A stretch of 64,000 bases of DNA from contig CAVWVQ010000003.1 of assembly GCA_963758525.1 (NCBI GenBank), positions 1,728,001-1,792,000 on the forward strand. The letters run 5' to 3'. Positions 1 through 11,098 of this stretch are shown piece by piece. A model generated the notes under the pieces. It made no database searches. It had not been told where the DNA came from and was given only the letters and a program-made list of their open reading frames with translations. Every line of letters starts with the position of its first letter. Positions within the stretch are counted from its first letter, which is position 1. Position numbers and translations under genes: made by a program. The stretch is from an uncultured Phycisphaerales bacterium. GTDB taxonomy: Bacteria > Planctomycetota > Phycisphaerae > Tepidisphaerales > Tepidisphaeraceae.

Positions 1-219
1 CTTGCCGACACGTCAGCCAGCCTCGGCGGCGAAGAGACGACATGGGACGCCATCCGTCACGGCCTGGCCGTCAGCGGCGAAGGCCTGCGATGGAGCGCGC
101 AGATGGTCGTCGTCGGCTTCTGCTTCGTCGCGCCCTGGGCCCTTGCGATCTGGATCGCCTGGCGCCTGTATCAGCGAAACAGGAAACGCAATCGTGGCTC
201 GGGCGTCCCGCCCGTGTGA
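1..219 (+). CDS. C-terminal end of a membrane protein (DUF4349-like), 5' truncated by window
   Basis: Frame 1 is open to TGA at 217-219 and reads ...MVVVGFCFVAPWALAIWIAWRLYQRNRKR: one TM helix plus a basic tail. Confidence 0.55.
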   Translation, partial: LADTSASLGGEETTWDAIRHGLAVSGEGLRWSAQMVVVGFCFVAPWALAIWIAWRLYQRNRKRNRGSGVPPV

Positions 220-586
220 GCGACTTGGTGGAAGAACACACTCCCCGGAAATTCGGCACGCCTCGCGGAAACTACCGGCAACCGTCCGTCGGACACCATC
301 CGGTTGCGGTCAATTGCAATCTTCCGTCCATCGTTTCGTATCGGCGCTCGCCGATGACTCGGACCCGGCGGCCGTCCCAGAGGTTGTACTCGTCCACCTG
401 CTCCCGGTCCCTCGCTTCAGTCGCAAAAATCGGCAGCACGTCAATGGGAACAAACGAATAGGAGAGGGGATGGTCCTTCCCATTCTGATCGATCACGTTG
501 AAAATCTGTTCTGGTCTCATGGCGAACATCTTAGCATTGGATGCCAGCGGGAATGCAAAAGTTTCATTCGTATGATGATCCAATCC

Positions 587-1135
587 ATGCGGCAATCTAT
601 CCCCAAAACAAAGAACTCCATCCGCTCGCGTTATGAGTCGGTGGGCGTCAATGCGTTTTATCAAAATGAGGGGGACGATTATCGCAATCCCCACGAGGAA
701 GCGATCGGCCAACTGCTCGCGCAGGTCGTGCCGGAGTGGCGGCTCGATCTGACCAGCGTTCTCGACCTTGCCGCCGGCAGCGGGGAAGTGACCCTGGCGT
801 TGCGGGAGCTTGGAGCGGGACGCGTCGCGGGGATCGATCCTTTTACGTTTCGTGCATACGCCAGGCGGACCGGCGACGTCGCGGAGCGACTGACCTTCGC
901 CCAGATCGCTGCCGGCGGGTTGCGCGGACGCGAATACAGCTTGATCGTCTGCAGTTTTGCGCTGCACTTATGCGAAGCATCGCGGTTGCCGGTGGTCGCG
1001 CAGGAACTGAGCCTGATCGCCCCGTCGCTGTTGGTGATCATGCCGCATAAACGCCCAGTGCTTCGGCCGGGGTGGGGTTGGTCGCTGAGGAACGAGACCG
1101 TAAGGCGGCGCGTGCGAGCGCGGCTCTACGATTGA
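587..1135 (+). CDS. class I SAM-dependent methyltransferase
   Basis: VLDLAAGSGEVT motif I and IVCSFALHL; start may be 572 or 587. Confidence 0.8.
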   Translation: MRQSIPKTKNSIRSRYESVGVNAFYQNEGDDYRNPHEEAIGQLLAQVVPEWRLDLTSVLDLAAGSGEVTLALRELGAGRVAGIDPFTFRAYARRTGDVAERLTFAQIAAGGLRGREYSLIVCSFALHLCEASRLPVVAQELSLIAPSLLVIMPHKRPVLRPGWGWSLRNETVRRRVRARLYD

Positions 1136-1137
1136 AT

Positions 1138-2298
1138 TCAGCTTTCCGGCCGGTCGAGCGGCGCGGGAGCTTCGGGCGGGGCGGCGCCCGTCAACGCGGC
1201 CATGATCCGCTCGACATGCACGTGACAATTCTCGATGAACAGCGCGTACTTATCCTGCGTCCCGCCAGTCGCCGTGCCGGCGACATAAAGCCCCGGCACG
1301 TTCGTCTCCATGGTGCGAAGATCGTAGCGCGGCGCCCGGCATTCACCGAGCAATTCGACCCCCGCAAGCTTCAGCAGCGACACGTCTGCCTCATACCCCA
1401 CCAGCAGCAGCACAAAATCCGCCTGCACCGCCGCCCGAGCGGTAGAGTAATTCACAGTCGACGAAGAACTCGCGCCTTCCCCTCCCTCCCCTCCCTCTCC
1501 TTCCTCACCCTTCGTGCCTTGGTGCCTCCGTGCCTCCGTGCCTTCCCCCCCAGTGCCTTCCCCCCCAGTGCCTTCCCTCTCAAGCACCACTTCATTTTCC
1601 GTAATCTTCACCGGCAACGTTCCGAAATGGGCCTCGATGCGTCCGCTGGCGATGAGGGAGGCGATTTCCGGAGTCAGCCAATACTTGATGCTGCGCCAAT
1701 CCAGTTCGGCGCGTCGATAGCTGAGCACCACCTTCGCCCCGGCGTGATGGCAGCGCAAGGCGGCTTCGATTGCCGAATTCTTGCCACCGACGATCATCAG
1801 CCGCCGGCCGAAATATTCGTGGGGATCGCGAAAATAGTGGCTGACGTGCGGCAGATCTTCCCCCTCGATTTGCAGCCGCCGCGGGCGATCCGTCCCGCCG
1901 GTGACCAGAATCAGCCGGTTGGCACGGCAGCGCCGTTCTCCACTCTTCGGACGCGTCGTGATGGAAAAGCCGCCGCCGTCGTGGCGATCGATCCCAACGA
2001 CAGGCTCGTACGTCCGCACCCGCAGATCGAATTGCCTCACGACCGAGCGAAGATACGCAAGGTACTGCTCGCGCGTCGCCTTCGACTGGTCCGGCGTCTC
2101 CAATGGCACTCCAGCAATCGCGATCCGTTCGTTGGAGCTGAAGAATCGCGTCTGCGGCGCGAACCACGAAATGGTGTACCCGATCTGGCGTGCGTCAAAG
2201 TGCACATAGTCGATCCCGGCCCGTTTGAGCGCAACGGCCATCTCCAGCCCAATCGGGCCGGCTCCGACGATCGCGACGTCCGCGCGGCTCACATCCAT
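1138..2298 (-). CDS. FAD/NAD(P)-dependent oxidoreductase, YpdA/thioredoxin-reductase-like
   Basis: GAGPIG and GGKNSA Rossmann motifs, FFSSNERIAIAG, METNVPGLYVAG, FIEN. Confidence 0.85.
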   Translation of the reverse strand: MDVSRADVAIVGAGPIGLEMAVALKRAGIDYVHFDARQIGYTISWFAPQTRFFSSNERIAIAGVPLETPDQSKATREQYLAYLRSVVRQFDLRVRTYEPVVGIDRHDGGGFSITTRPKSGERRCRANRLILVTGGTDRPRRLQIEGEDLPHVSHYFRDPHEYFGRRLMIVGGKNSAIEAALRCHHAGAKVVLSYRRAELDWRSIKYWLTPEIASLIASGRIEAHFGTLPVKITENEVVLEREGTGGEGTGGEGTEARRHQGTKGEEGEGGEGGEGASSSSTVNYSTARAAVQADFVLLLVGYEADVSLLKLAGVELLGECRAPRYDLRTMETNVPGLYVAGTATGGTQDKYALFIENCHVHVERIMAALTGAAPPEAPAPLDRPES

Positions 2299-2768
2299 CG
2301 GCAGGATGATAGGCGTGAGACCCCGGATTAAGCGCGCTTTAAACTAGATAGTCTCGGCGGGTGAGGTAAGAGCTTTCTCTCGCCCCTTAAAGCTTTTGCA
2401 CTTCCCCATTTGGCATGGCCAGATTACCCCATTCGCCAATGGTCATTCGAGAACGCCAACGCAAAACGGTGCGAAATAGTTGCGGCCAAGCCCGCTTGAA
2501 TGTCAATCTATTGCAGCCATGCATTAGCCTCTGGCAACGCCGAGGCGACAGTCATAAAGAGTTCACCTTCAACAAGTAAATGTCGAAACCCCCTCGCGGT
2601 GTGGCGGAAGTTGATGGAGCAGAATCTCGCCAAAAGATGGTGATCGACGCTGCTTCCCGGAGGCCGTTTGTCGCGTCGCGCTGCTTGCTTATGTCGGCGT
2701 TTTCCTGAGCGGAATGCGCTTGCGACGATTGCCTCAAAGCGCCTAAGCTGCACTCAGGAGAAAATGCA

Positions 2769-4022
2769 TTGGAACCCGCTGCTGCTACCGCCTATCGCAA
2801 TGCGCAACGCCTGCGCCCATCCGCTCGCAAACCGTCATTGCGCGTGGTGCTTGTCACCGAAGCTACGTCCAAGGGAACCGGGCGTCATGTCCTGGATCTG
2901 GCCGAGGGACTGATCGCCCGGGGATGTGACGTCCACCTGCTTTATTCACCGGTGCGGGCGGACACGTGGTTTCGCCACCGCATGTGGCGGATGCCCGGGT
3001 TGAATCACGTATCTTTGGCGATGCAGCGCAGCATACACGTGAAGGACATTTCCGCGGCCGTGGCGCTTCGCCGCTATCTTCGCCAAAACGGTCCGTTCGA
3101 CATCATTCATGGGCACAGTTCCAAGGGAGGCGCGGTGGCCCGGCTGGCGTCGATCGGGCTGGGAGTGCCGACCCTCTATACGCCCCACGCGCTGATCTTG
3201 ATGGCGCCCGACATTTCTGCGATCAAGCGCGGCGTTTATCATCTTGCCGAGCTTGTGCTGGCGCAGTTTTCGACGGGCATCATCACGGTGTCTCCCGAAG
3301 AAGCGCGAGTCGCCGCGTCGGCGCGGCTTGGGAAGTCGCGGCTCACAATGATCCCCAACGGCGTGGGCCCGATGGAGCTTCCGCCGCGCGATGAGGCTCG
3401 CCGCAACTGCGGGATGGGCGCGAAGGAAATCATCATCGGATGGGTGGGCCGTCTCGTCCAAAACAAGGCGCCCGACGTCATGCTCGAAGCGCTCGCCATC
3501 GCCGTGCGGACCGCGCCGCGCCTTCGCGTCGTGCTCATCGGCGACGGCCCGTTGAAGAAATCGCTGGAGGACCTGGCGGTTCGACTTGGCGTCGCGGAGA
3601 ACGTGGCGTTCATGGGCGAGGTGGACGCGCGAAGGTTCCTCCCGGCGTTTGATCTGTTCGCAATCTCCAGCCGGATGGAAGGGATGCCATACGTGGCACT
3701 CGAGGCGATGGCCGCCGGCCTTCCGATCGTTTCCACCAGCACCGGCGGCGTCGAACTCCTGGTCAAGGAAGGTGACAACGGGATGATCGTCCCCACCGAC
3801 GACCGCGAGGCGCTTGCCGGCGCCCTGGTGGCGTTGGCGTCCGATCCGGAAATGATCCAGCGGATGGGCAGCGCCTCCAAAGAGCGCATTGGCCTGTTCT
3901 CGATGGACCGGATGATCGACCGAACCTTGTCCTTGTACCAACGGTGCGCAATCGCTCGCGAGAATCGCAATGCACAATTCGCCGAAGACCCCGAGGGGCA
4001 GCTTGCCGGGGATCTGGAGTAA
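2769..4022 (+). CDS. glycosyltransferase family 4
   Basis: HGHSSKGG, IPNG, SRMEGMPYVALEAMAAGLPIV; start uncertain. Confidence 0.9.
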   Translation: MEPAAATAYRNAQRLRPSARKPSLRVVLVTEATSKGTGRHVLDLAEGLIARGCDVHLLYSPVRADTWFRHRMWRMPGLNHVSLAMQRSIHVKDISAAVALRRYLRQNGPFDIIHGHSSKGGAVARLASIGLGVPTLYTPHALILMAPDISAIKRGVYHLAELVLAQFSTGIITVSPEEARVAASARLGKSRLTMIPNGVGPMELPPRDEARRNCGMGAKEIIIGWVGRLVQNKAPDVMLEALAIAVRTAPRLRVVLIGDGPLKKSLEDLAVRLGVAENVAFMGEVDARRFLPAFDLFAISSRMEGMPYVALEAMAAGLPIVSTSTGGVELLVKEGDNGMIVPTDDREALAGALVALASDPEMIQRMGSASKERIGLFSMDRMIDRTLSLYQRCAIARENRNAQFAEDPEGQLAGDLE

Positions 4023-4028
4023 TTGACC

Positions 4029-5051
4029 ATGCTCGGCTCGGTGCGGCGATTGATCCGAACGACTGACGCGGCAACGGCCAATGCGTATCTGTCGCTCTTT
4101 CGCGAGCGAAGCGCCGTCCTTTGTTTTCTGTTCCATTCGCTGTTCGTCGACGAAAATGAGTTGCGGCAGAATCTGGTTCATCCGCTGCAGCGAACGACTG
4201 TCGCGCAGTTTCGCCGGTTCATCGAATATTACCGGGCCCAGGGGTATCGCTTCATCACGCCGGAACACTTGCTGGCCGGCGTGGATGCCGGCGGCAAATA
4301 TGCGTTGATCAGTTTCGACGACGGCTATTTTAACAACACCCGCGCGCTGCCGATTCTCGAGGAGATTGCGGTCCCGGCGACGTTCTTCATCACCACCGAA
4401 AACGTTTTGCGCGGCAAATGCTTCTGGTGGGACGTGCACTGGCGGGAAAGCGCGGCGCTGGGCATGAGCGAAGACGCGATCGTGCGCGACGGGAGAGCGC
4501 TCAAGTCCATGACCACCGGGCAAATCGAAGAGGAACTGCTGCGCCGTCACGGAGCGGATGCATTTGTCCCCCGCGGCGATCTCGATCGATCCTTCACGCC
4601 GGAGGAACTGCGGGAGTTTGCAAGGAATCGACACGTTCGTCTGGGCAATCACACGTCAAATCACGCGATCCTCACCAACTATTCACCCCGTGAAGGACGC
4701 GAGCAGATCCTTGCCGCGCAGGAAGCGATTGAATCGATGACCGGCATTCGCCCGGTGGCAATCGCCTACCCCAACGGCGCCCACTCCACGCAGATCGAGC
4801 GATGGTGCGTCGATGCCGGGCTTCGATGCGGTTTCACGGTGGAGCCGAAGAAAACCGCGCTTCCGCTGAACATGTCATCGCAGGCCGCGATGCAGATCGG
4901 GCGTTTCATGCCCGAAGGCGACGAACCGATCGAAAAGCAATGCCGGACGTACCGCTCCGACCTGCAGTTGTATGGCACGTTTCACGCTGGTTATCAGCGC
5001 ATGGCCCGCCATCGGACCAGATATGCGTTGCAGGCGGAAGGTTCAGCCTGA
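4029..5051 (+). CDS. polysaccharide deacetylase (CE4)
   Basis: ISFDDGY, LGNHTSNH, AYPNG motifs. Confidence 0.9.
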   Translation: MLGSVRRLIRTTDAATANAYLSLFRERSAVLCFLFHSLFVDENELRQNLVHPLQRTTVAQFRRFIEYYRAQGYRFITPEHLLAGVDAGGKYALISFDDGYFNNTRALPILEEIAVPATFFITTENVLRGKCFWWDVHWRESAALGMSEDAIVRDGRALKSMTTGQIEEELLRRHGADAFVPRGDLDRSFTPEELREFARNRHVRLGNHTSNHAILTNYSPREGREQILAAQEAIESMTGIRPVAIAYPNGAHSTQIERWCVDAGLRCGFTVEPKKTALPLNMSSQAAMQIGRFMPEGDEPIEKQCRTYRSDLQLYGTFHAGYQRMARHRTRYALQAEGSA

Positions 5052-5175
5052 CCTTGCATTAATAAATCAGAGAGCCGCCGGGTTTTTCTTGAATGCCGCG
5101 CGAGCGGCTCATACATTCGCCGACGGGGTTGGCCCGTCGCGATTCATCGAAAGACGATTGCATCTGAGAGCCTCC

Positions 5176-6432
5176 ATGACGATCCAGGTCCCAGCGCCAG
5201 CGGCATCCAAAGTGCGCGGCTCAGTCGAGCCGCGACGCATCCTGCTACTCTCCACCGCGATGGCGATGGGAGGCGGCGCCGAGGAGCAGGTGCTGCAACT
5301 GGCGTGCGAATTCCAGGCGCGCGGCTGGAAGACGCTGGTCGTTTCGCTGTTGCCGCCGGGCACGATGCCCCCGGGCTTCTCCGAACGCAATATCCCAGTA
5401 GCGCATCTTGGCATGCGTCGCGGAGTGGCTGATCCGCGCGGCCTTTTCCGGCTTGCCCGGCTGATCCGAAGCTTCCGCCCCGATGTTGTGCACAGCCATA
5501 TGGTGCATGCCAACATCATCGCCAGGGCCGCACGGCTCATCGCTCCTTTTCCGGTGCTGGTCTGCACGCTGCACAATCTCACCATGGCCGGCGAGGAGCA
5601 TGATTACACCGCGTTCTTCGAGGTCGTGCATCGGTTCACCGATGGACTTGCCGACCGCACCACCGCCATCTGCCATGCCGCGGCGGATTATTGCATCCGC
5701 AGGCGCGCAGTCCCGGCATCGAAGATGATGGTGGTGCCCAACGGAATCGACTGCCGGCGGTTCTTTGCCAATCCCGAAGCGCGGCGGCGCGTGCGAACCG
5801 AGATGGGAATCGATAACGACTTCGTCTGGCTCGCCGCGGGACGGCTCGAGCTGCAAAAGGCGTATCCCACGATGCTCCGCGCCTTCGCGAAGCTCGCCGG
5901 CGGGCCCAGCACATTGCTGATCTGCGGCGTCGGCACCCTCAGGGACTCGCTGATCGCGATGGCCGCCGAACTGGGGATTGGCAGCCGTGTCCGCTTTCTG
6001 GGACTTCGCAAGGATATTCCCGATCTGATGAGCGCGGCGGATGCCTTTGTCCTCTCTTCCGACATGGAAGGCCTGCCATTGGTGCTCCTGCAGGCGTGCG
6101 CCGCCGCTCTTCCGATTGTTGCCACCAACGTTTCCGGAAATACCGAGGTAGTCATTGAGGGCGTAAACGGGTATATGACTCCGCCGGGCGAACCGGACGC
6201 ATTCGCTGCCGCGATGGCCCGGATGGCCGCGCTTTCGCCGTCCGACCGCGCCGCCCTCGGCCGGGCCGGGCTGAAACGCGTGCGGGAAATGTTCGAAGTC
6301 GAGCCGGTCGTCGACCGCTGGGTGCAACTCTTCGACGAACTGCTCGATGCCGCCGCAGGCCGGGTGAGAAGACTTGCGCCCGCGGCCGCACATGTCGATG
6401 GCAAACAGAAGCTGATGCCAAGCGCCTCGTGA
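5176..6432 (+). CDS. glycosyltransferase family 4
   Basis: GGGAEEQ, HSHMVHAN, SDMEGLPLVLLQACAAALPIVAT. Confidence 0.9.
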   Translation: MTIQVPAPAASKVRGSVEPRRILLLSTAMAMGGGAEEQVLQLACEFQARGWKTLVVSLLPPGTMPPGFSERNIPVAHLGMRRGVADPRGLFRLARLIRSFRPDVVHSHMVHANIIARAARLIAPFPVLVCTLHNLTMAGEEHDYTAFFEVVHRFTDGLADRTTAICHAAADYCIRRRAVPASKMMVVPNGIDCRRFFANPEARRRVRTEMGIDNDFVWLAAGRLELQKAYPTMLRAFAKLAGGPSTLLICGVGTLRDSLIAMAAELGIGSRVRFLGLRKDIPDLMSAADAFVLSSDMEGLPLVLLQACAAALPIVATNVSGNTEVVIEGVNGYMTPPGEPDAFAAAMARMAALSPSDRAALGRAGLKRVREMFEVEPVVDRWVQLFDELLDAAAGRVRRLAPAAAHVDGKQKLMPSAS

Positions 6433-6460
6433 ACGAGGCCACGTCCAAGGAGAAAGAAAG

Positions 6461-8289
6461 ATGCAGTCGAGCGTTCTTAATGAGGTTGGAGTCTGCGAGG
6501 CCCGCCGTCCCGATGCCGCGGGCGCTGGCGCTTCAGTCGCTGCGCGGATCGCGGCGCACTCTGCATTGACACCGGATCGCGTTGCCGTCACCGACGGAAT
6601 CACTCGGCTTACGTTTGCCGAATTGGATCAAGAGTCCGCACGGCTGGCAGCTTATCTCCGGACCGCGGGTGTCGAGCCAGGTGCATGCGTGGGATTGTTT
6701 TTGGAGCGCTCGCCGCAATTCGTGGTGGCCGCGCTGGCGGCGTTCAAGGCCGGCGCCGCGTACCTGCCGCTGGATTCCTCGACGCCAGCGGATCGCGCCG
6801 CGTTTATCCTTGGCGATTCGGGCGCGCCGGTCCTGCTCACGCACCGCCGCAAGGCGATGGGATGGACCAACTGCCCCTGCCGAATCATCGACCTCGACGA
6901 GATCAATCTCGAAACTTCCGTCGGCGGTTTTCACGACGAAGCGACGCCGTCGGAGAGCCTGGCGTACGTCATCTATACCTCTGGCTCCACTGGAACGCCG
7001 AAAGGCGTCGAGCTCACGCATGCAAATTTGCTCAACCTGATCGACTGGCATCAGGCCGCGTTTCACGTCACGCCCGCCGATCGCGCCAGCCAGGTTGCCG
7101 GACTCGGCTTTGACGCGGCCGTCTGGGAAATCTGGCCGGCACTGACTGGCGGCGCGAGCCTCCATTTCGCCGATGAAATCACGCGGCGCTCGCCGCAGGG
7201 GCTGCGCGACTGGATCGTCGCCGAGCAGATCACCATCAGCTTTGTGCCCACGGTTCTCGCTGAGCAGCTTCTCCATTCCGAGTGGCCCGCCAACACCGCG
7301 CTGCGGACGTTGCTGACCGGCGCCGATACGCTGCACCGCCGCCCGCGCGGGCTTGCCTTTCACTCTCGTTAACAACTACGGACCCACCGAATGCACCGTC
7401 GTTGCAACCTCGGGAACGGTCGATGCAAACGAGGCGGTTGACGGGCCGCCGTCCATCGGCCGGCCGATCCGCAACACCACGGTGCTGATCCTGGACGAGT
7501 CGATGCGTCCGGTGGCAGATGGTCAACCCGGCGAGCTTTGCCTCGCCGGCGCGCTCGTCGGCCGCGGTTATCGCAATAATCCGCAACTCACTTCCAGCCG
7601 ATTCGTCAATTACTCGCCTGCTGCAGGCCCGTCCCTGCGTCTCTACCGCACCGGCGACCGCGCGCGATGGACCGCCACTGGCGAAATCGCATTCCTCGGC
7701 CGGCTCGACGATCAGGTGAAGATTCGCGGCTATCGCATCGAGCTCGGCGAGATTGTCGCGTGCCTCGATCGTTTCCTCGGCGTCGAGGCCAGCGCGGTGA
7801 CGGTTCAAGACGACGCGGAACTGGGCCCGAAGCTGGTGGCATATGTTGTTATGGCGCCAGGCGCCCGCGTGTCAGCCGTCGATCTGCGCATTTCTCGCCG
7901 CCCGGCTGCCCGACTACATGATCCCGGCAACGTTCATGACGATCGACGCATTGCCCATGACCCCCAACGGCAAGCTCGACAAATCGGCGCTGCCGCCGCC
8001 CAAAATGGAAGACCTTCTTCCGAGAGCGAACACCGCTTCGCCTGTGCCCGCGCCCGCTTCGGAATTGGAACAACGAATCGCGACCATGGTGGCGGCTCTC
8101 CTGGGCCAAACGTCCGTTTCGCGTGAAGAAAACTTCTTCATGGCCGGCGGCCACTCGATGCTGGGCGTGCAGCTCGTGGCGCGAATTCGCGACACCTTCG
8201 GCGTCAAGTTGAACCTGCGGCAACTCTTCGGCGCGCCGACAATTGCCGCGCTCTCGGCGGAAGTGGAGAAAATTTCCGGAGCTAAATGA
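6461..8289 (+). CDS. stand-alone NRPS adenylation + PCP didomain, split by two frameshifts (~7350, ~7890)
   Basis: YTSGSTGTPKG, FDAAVWE, NNYGPTE, YRTGD, QVKIRGYRIELGEI, PNGKLD and PCP GGHSML spread over three consecutive frames. Confidence 0.9.
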
Positions 8290-8333
8290 GCGTGTGCGAG
8301 TAAGCCGGCTCCGGGGCGACCGAAAAATACAGA

Positions 8334-8428
8334 ACACGAATTGACACGAATTTCGCACGAATCTTCACGAAGCCGATTTCCCCGCGTCTATTCGTGAAGA
8401 TTCGTGCGCCATTCGTGCAGATTCGGGT
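8334..8428. repeat. inverted array of ~10-nt CACGAAT / ATTCGTG units
   Basis: acacgaattg-acacgaattt-cgcacgaatc-ttcacgaa, followed by ttcgtgaaga-ttcgtgcgcc-attcgtgcag-attcgg. Confidence 0.75.
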
Positions 8429-8517
8429 TCCCTCTTCATGGATTCGCGCGGAAGCTGGGAGATTGACAGGCGCGATCGCGCAAGGTATTGAAGTCCGCGT
8501 GAAGGAAAAGGCATCTC

Positions 8518-9777
8518 ATGGAGTCGTCCGTAACATCCGTTCCGCCGCAAACGGCTGAACCGCCGCTGAGCCTGTATCACCTGCTCGATCCGGAGGTGCT
8601 GGCCGACCCATATCCCCTGTACCGCCGGCTGCGCGAGCACGACCCGGTGCACTGGGATCCGTATCTTCACGCCTGGATCGTGACGCGATACGAGGACGTC
8701 ATCACCGTTCTGCAGCGCTACTCCGCCGATCGCACGCCCACGCCCGCTTTCTTCGAAGCGCTCGGCGCGCCGGAGGTCGCGCCGGTCGCCAAGCTGATGG
8801 TCAAGCAGATGCTCTTCATGGACGCCCCGTCGCACACGCGATTGCGCAGGCTTGCCGGGCTGTCGTTCACGCCCGCGCACGTTCGCCTGCTGCGGGATCA
8901 CATCCAGCAGATCGCGACGAAACTGATCGACGACGTGATCGCCCGCGGCTCCGGCCGGATGGAGCTGCTCGCGGACTTCGCCGAGCCGCTGCCGGCGATC
9001 GTGACCGCCGAGCTCCTCGGCGTGCCCGTCGAGGACCACCTCAAACTCAAGAACTGGTCCGTGACCTTCGCGGAGATGCTCGGCAACTTCCAGCACAACC
9101 CCGACCGCCTTCCCGGTGTGCTGGCGGCAGTGGAAAACCTCAGCGCGTATTTTCACCAGGCGATCAAGGACCAGCGCATTCATCCGCGGGAGGGCCTGCT
9201 GCGCGAGTTCATGATTGCCGAGCTGGATGGTGACCGCCTGACCGACGATGAGATCGTCGCCAACTGCATTGTCACCATGGTCGGCGGCCTGGAAACGACC
9301 ACCAATCTCATCACCAACGGCATTCTCACGCTGGTGCGCAATCCCGATCAGATGCGACGGCTCCGCTCGGAGCCGCAGATCATGCCCACCGCGGTCGAAG
9401 AGTTGTTGCGCTACGAGAGCCCCAGCCAGCACACCGCCCGCCTGGCGCCCGACGACGTGGTGCTGGGCGGCAAGAAAATCGCCAAACGCCAGGCGGTGAT
9501 CGCTGTCATGGCCGCGGGCAACCGCGACCCGAACCGCTTCCCCGATCCCGACCGGCTCGACTTCGATCGTCCCGACAATCGACATCTGGCTTTCGGATGG
9601 GGCGCGCATTTCTGCTTCGGCGCGCCGCTCGCGCGCCTTGAGGGACATATCGCCTTCGAGACGCTGTTGCGGCGATTTCCCGAAATTGAGCTTGAAGACG
9701 GGCCGCTGGTCTGGCGGGATAACCTCGGCTTACGCGGTCTTAAAGCCCTGCCACTTTCCTTCCGGACCAGCACATGA
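8518..9777 (+). CDS. cytochrome P450
   Basis: GGLETT I-helix, EELLR (ExxR), HLAFGWGAHFCFG heme-Cys loop. Confidence 0.95.
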   Translation: MESSVTSVPPQTAEPPLSLYHLLDPEVLADPYPLYRRLREHDPVHWDPYLHAWIVTRYEDVITVLQRYSADRTPTPAFFEALGAPEVAPVAKLMVKQMLFMDAPSHTRLRRLAGLSFTPAHVRLLRDHIQQIATKLIDDVIARGSGRMELLADFAEPLPAIVTAELLGVPVEDHLKLKNWSVTFAEMLGNFQHNPDRLPGVLAAVENLSAYFHQAIKDQRIHPREGLLREFMIAELDGDRLTDDEIVANCIVTMVGGLETTTNLITNGILTLVRNPDQMRRLRSEPQIMPTAVEELLRYESPSQHTARLAPDDVVLGGKKIAKRQAVIAVMAAGNRDPNRFPDPDRLDFDRPDNRHLAFGWGAHFCFGAPLARLEGHIAFETLLRRFPEIELEDGPLVWRDNLGLRGLKALPLSFRTST

Positions 9778-10935
9778 TTGCAGACTCCCAGGCGCCGACA
9801 GCCAGGACTCCAGCACCCCTTTCGCCGCCGCAACTGCGGCCGGCGCGGCTTGAGGACTACCCGCGGATCGAACGCCTCGAGGCGTCGCTCCTGGCGAGCA
9901 CGCTGCCGGCCGAGGAGTGGTCCCGCCTCTGGCTGAACAACCCCATTCGCCAGCGGCTGGGCGCCGACTGGCCCATCGGTTGGGTGCTGGAGGACGGCAG
10001 CGGCCAGGTTGTGGGATCGATGTGCAGCCTCCCGACGCTCTACTGTTTTCGCGGCCGAGAACTGGTTGCCGCCAACGCCCGGGCCTGGGTCTGTCATCCC
10101 GACTATCGCGGCTACGCCCTGTGGCTGATGGAAGAATTCTATAATCAGCCGGGCGTCGACCTGTACATCAGCACCACGGCGAACACCAACGCCGAGCCGA
10201 TCTGCAAGTCCTTCGCAAATCGCATTCCCCTCGGCCAGTGGGATCGCGCCAGCTTCTGGACCACCAACTGCCTGGGCTTTGCCAATACCGCATTGCGGAT
10301 GAAAAAGATTCCCGCCGCGACCGTCCTCGCTCCCGCAGCGGCGATTGCCCTCAAGCTCCGCAACAAGCTGACCAAACCCCAACTCCCTGCCGACCCGTCC
10401 GGCTACGACATTACCTTCGCCGCTTATCCCTTCGACGCCCGCTTCGACCATTTCTGGACGGAGCTGCTCGCGCTGCATCCCGACAAGCTGGTCGCGGTCC
10501 GCGACAGCGCCACGCTCAACTGGCATTACGACCTGCCCATCCGCCACGGCAAGCTCTGGACCACCACCGCCACCGACAAATCCGGTCGTCTCCGCGCCTA
10601 CTGCGTCTTCAAGCGCGAAGACCAGCCCCCCGGCTACCAGGGCCTGACAAGAATGCCCTGATCGACTACCAGACGCTCGAACCCGCCACCGACCTTCTCC
10701 CCGCACTCCTCAAACCGGCGCTCGCGCCTGCGCAACAGAAAAAATCCACGTCCTGGAGAACATGGGCCCCGGCGTCCCCAAGATGCATTCCTTCGACCAC
10801 TACGCGCCCCATCACCGCTCCCTCCCCAACTGGAAGTTTTTCTATAAGGCCGCCGACCCAACGATCGACGCCGAGCTCGCCAGTCCCGCCCTCTGGGACC
10901 CCAGCAACTACGACGGCGACGCCAGTTTCGATTGA
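9774..10935 (+). CDS. GNAT-fold-like hypothetical protein, frameshifted after ~10655
   Basis: NARAWVCHPDYRG resembles a GNAT motif; plausible coding continues in other frames to ...YDGDASFD* at 10935. Confidence 0.55.
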
Positions 10936-11098
10936 ACGGCGAGGCATGCCATCGCCGAATCCGGGGCGGCGCTGAAGCTCTGCCCCGGCGTGATGGCCGG
11001 AGACATCACCTTGCCAGTCGCGCCGTCCCGGATTCTGCCTGCGGGGGATTTCGTCTCTGTGGTTCACGTTCCGCGACAAAAGCCATGCTGCGATGCTC

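Noticed and set aside
272..520. Possible ~82-aa minus-strand gene (MRPEQIFNV...)
   Set aside because: Fits an intergenic gap but has no recognisable motif; not enough support to call
2..571. N-terminal half of the 377-aa ORF as part of the methyltransferase
   Set aside because: Overlaps a better frame-1 gene end and has non-protein-like composition; methyltransferase features begin after ~587
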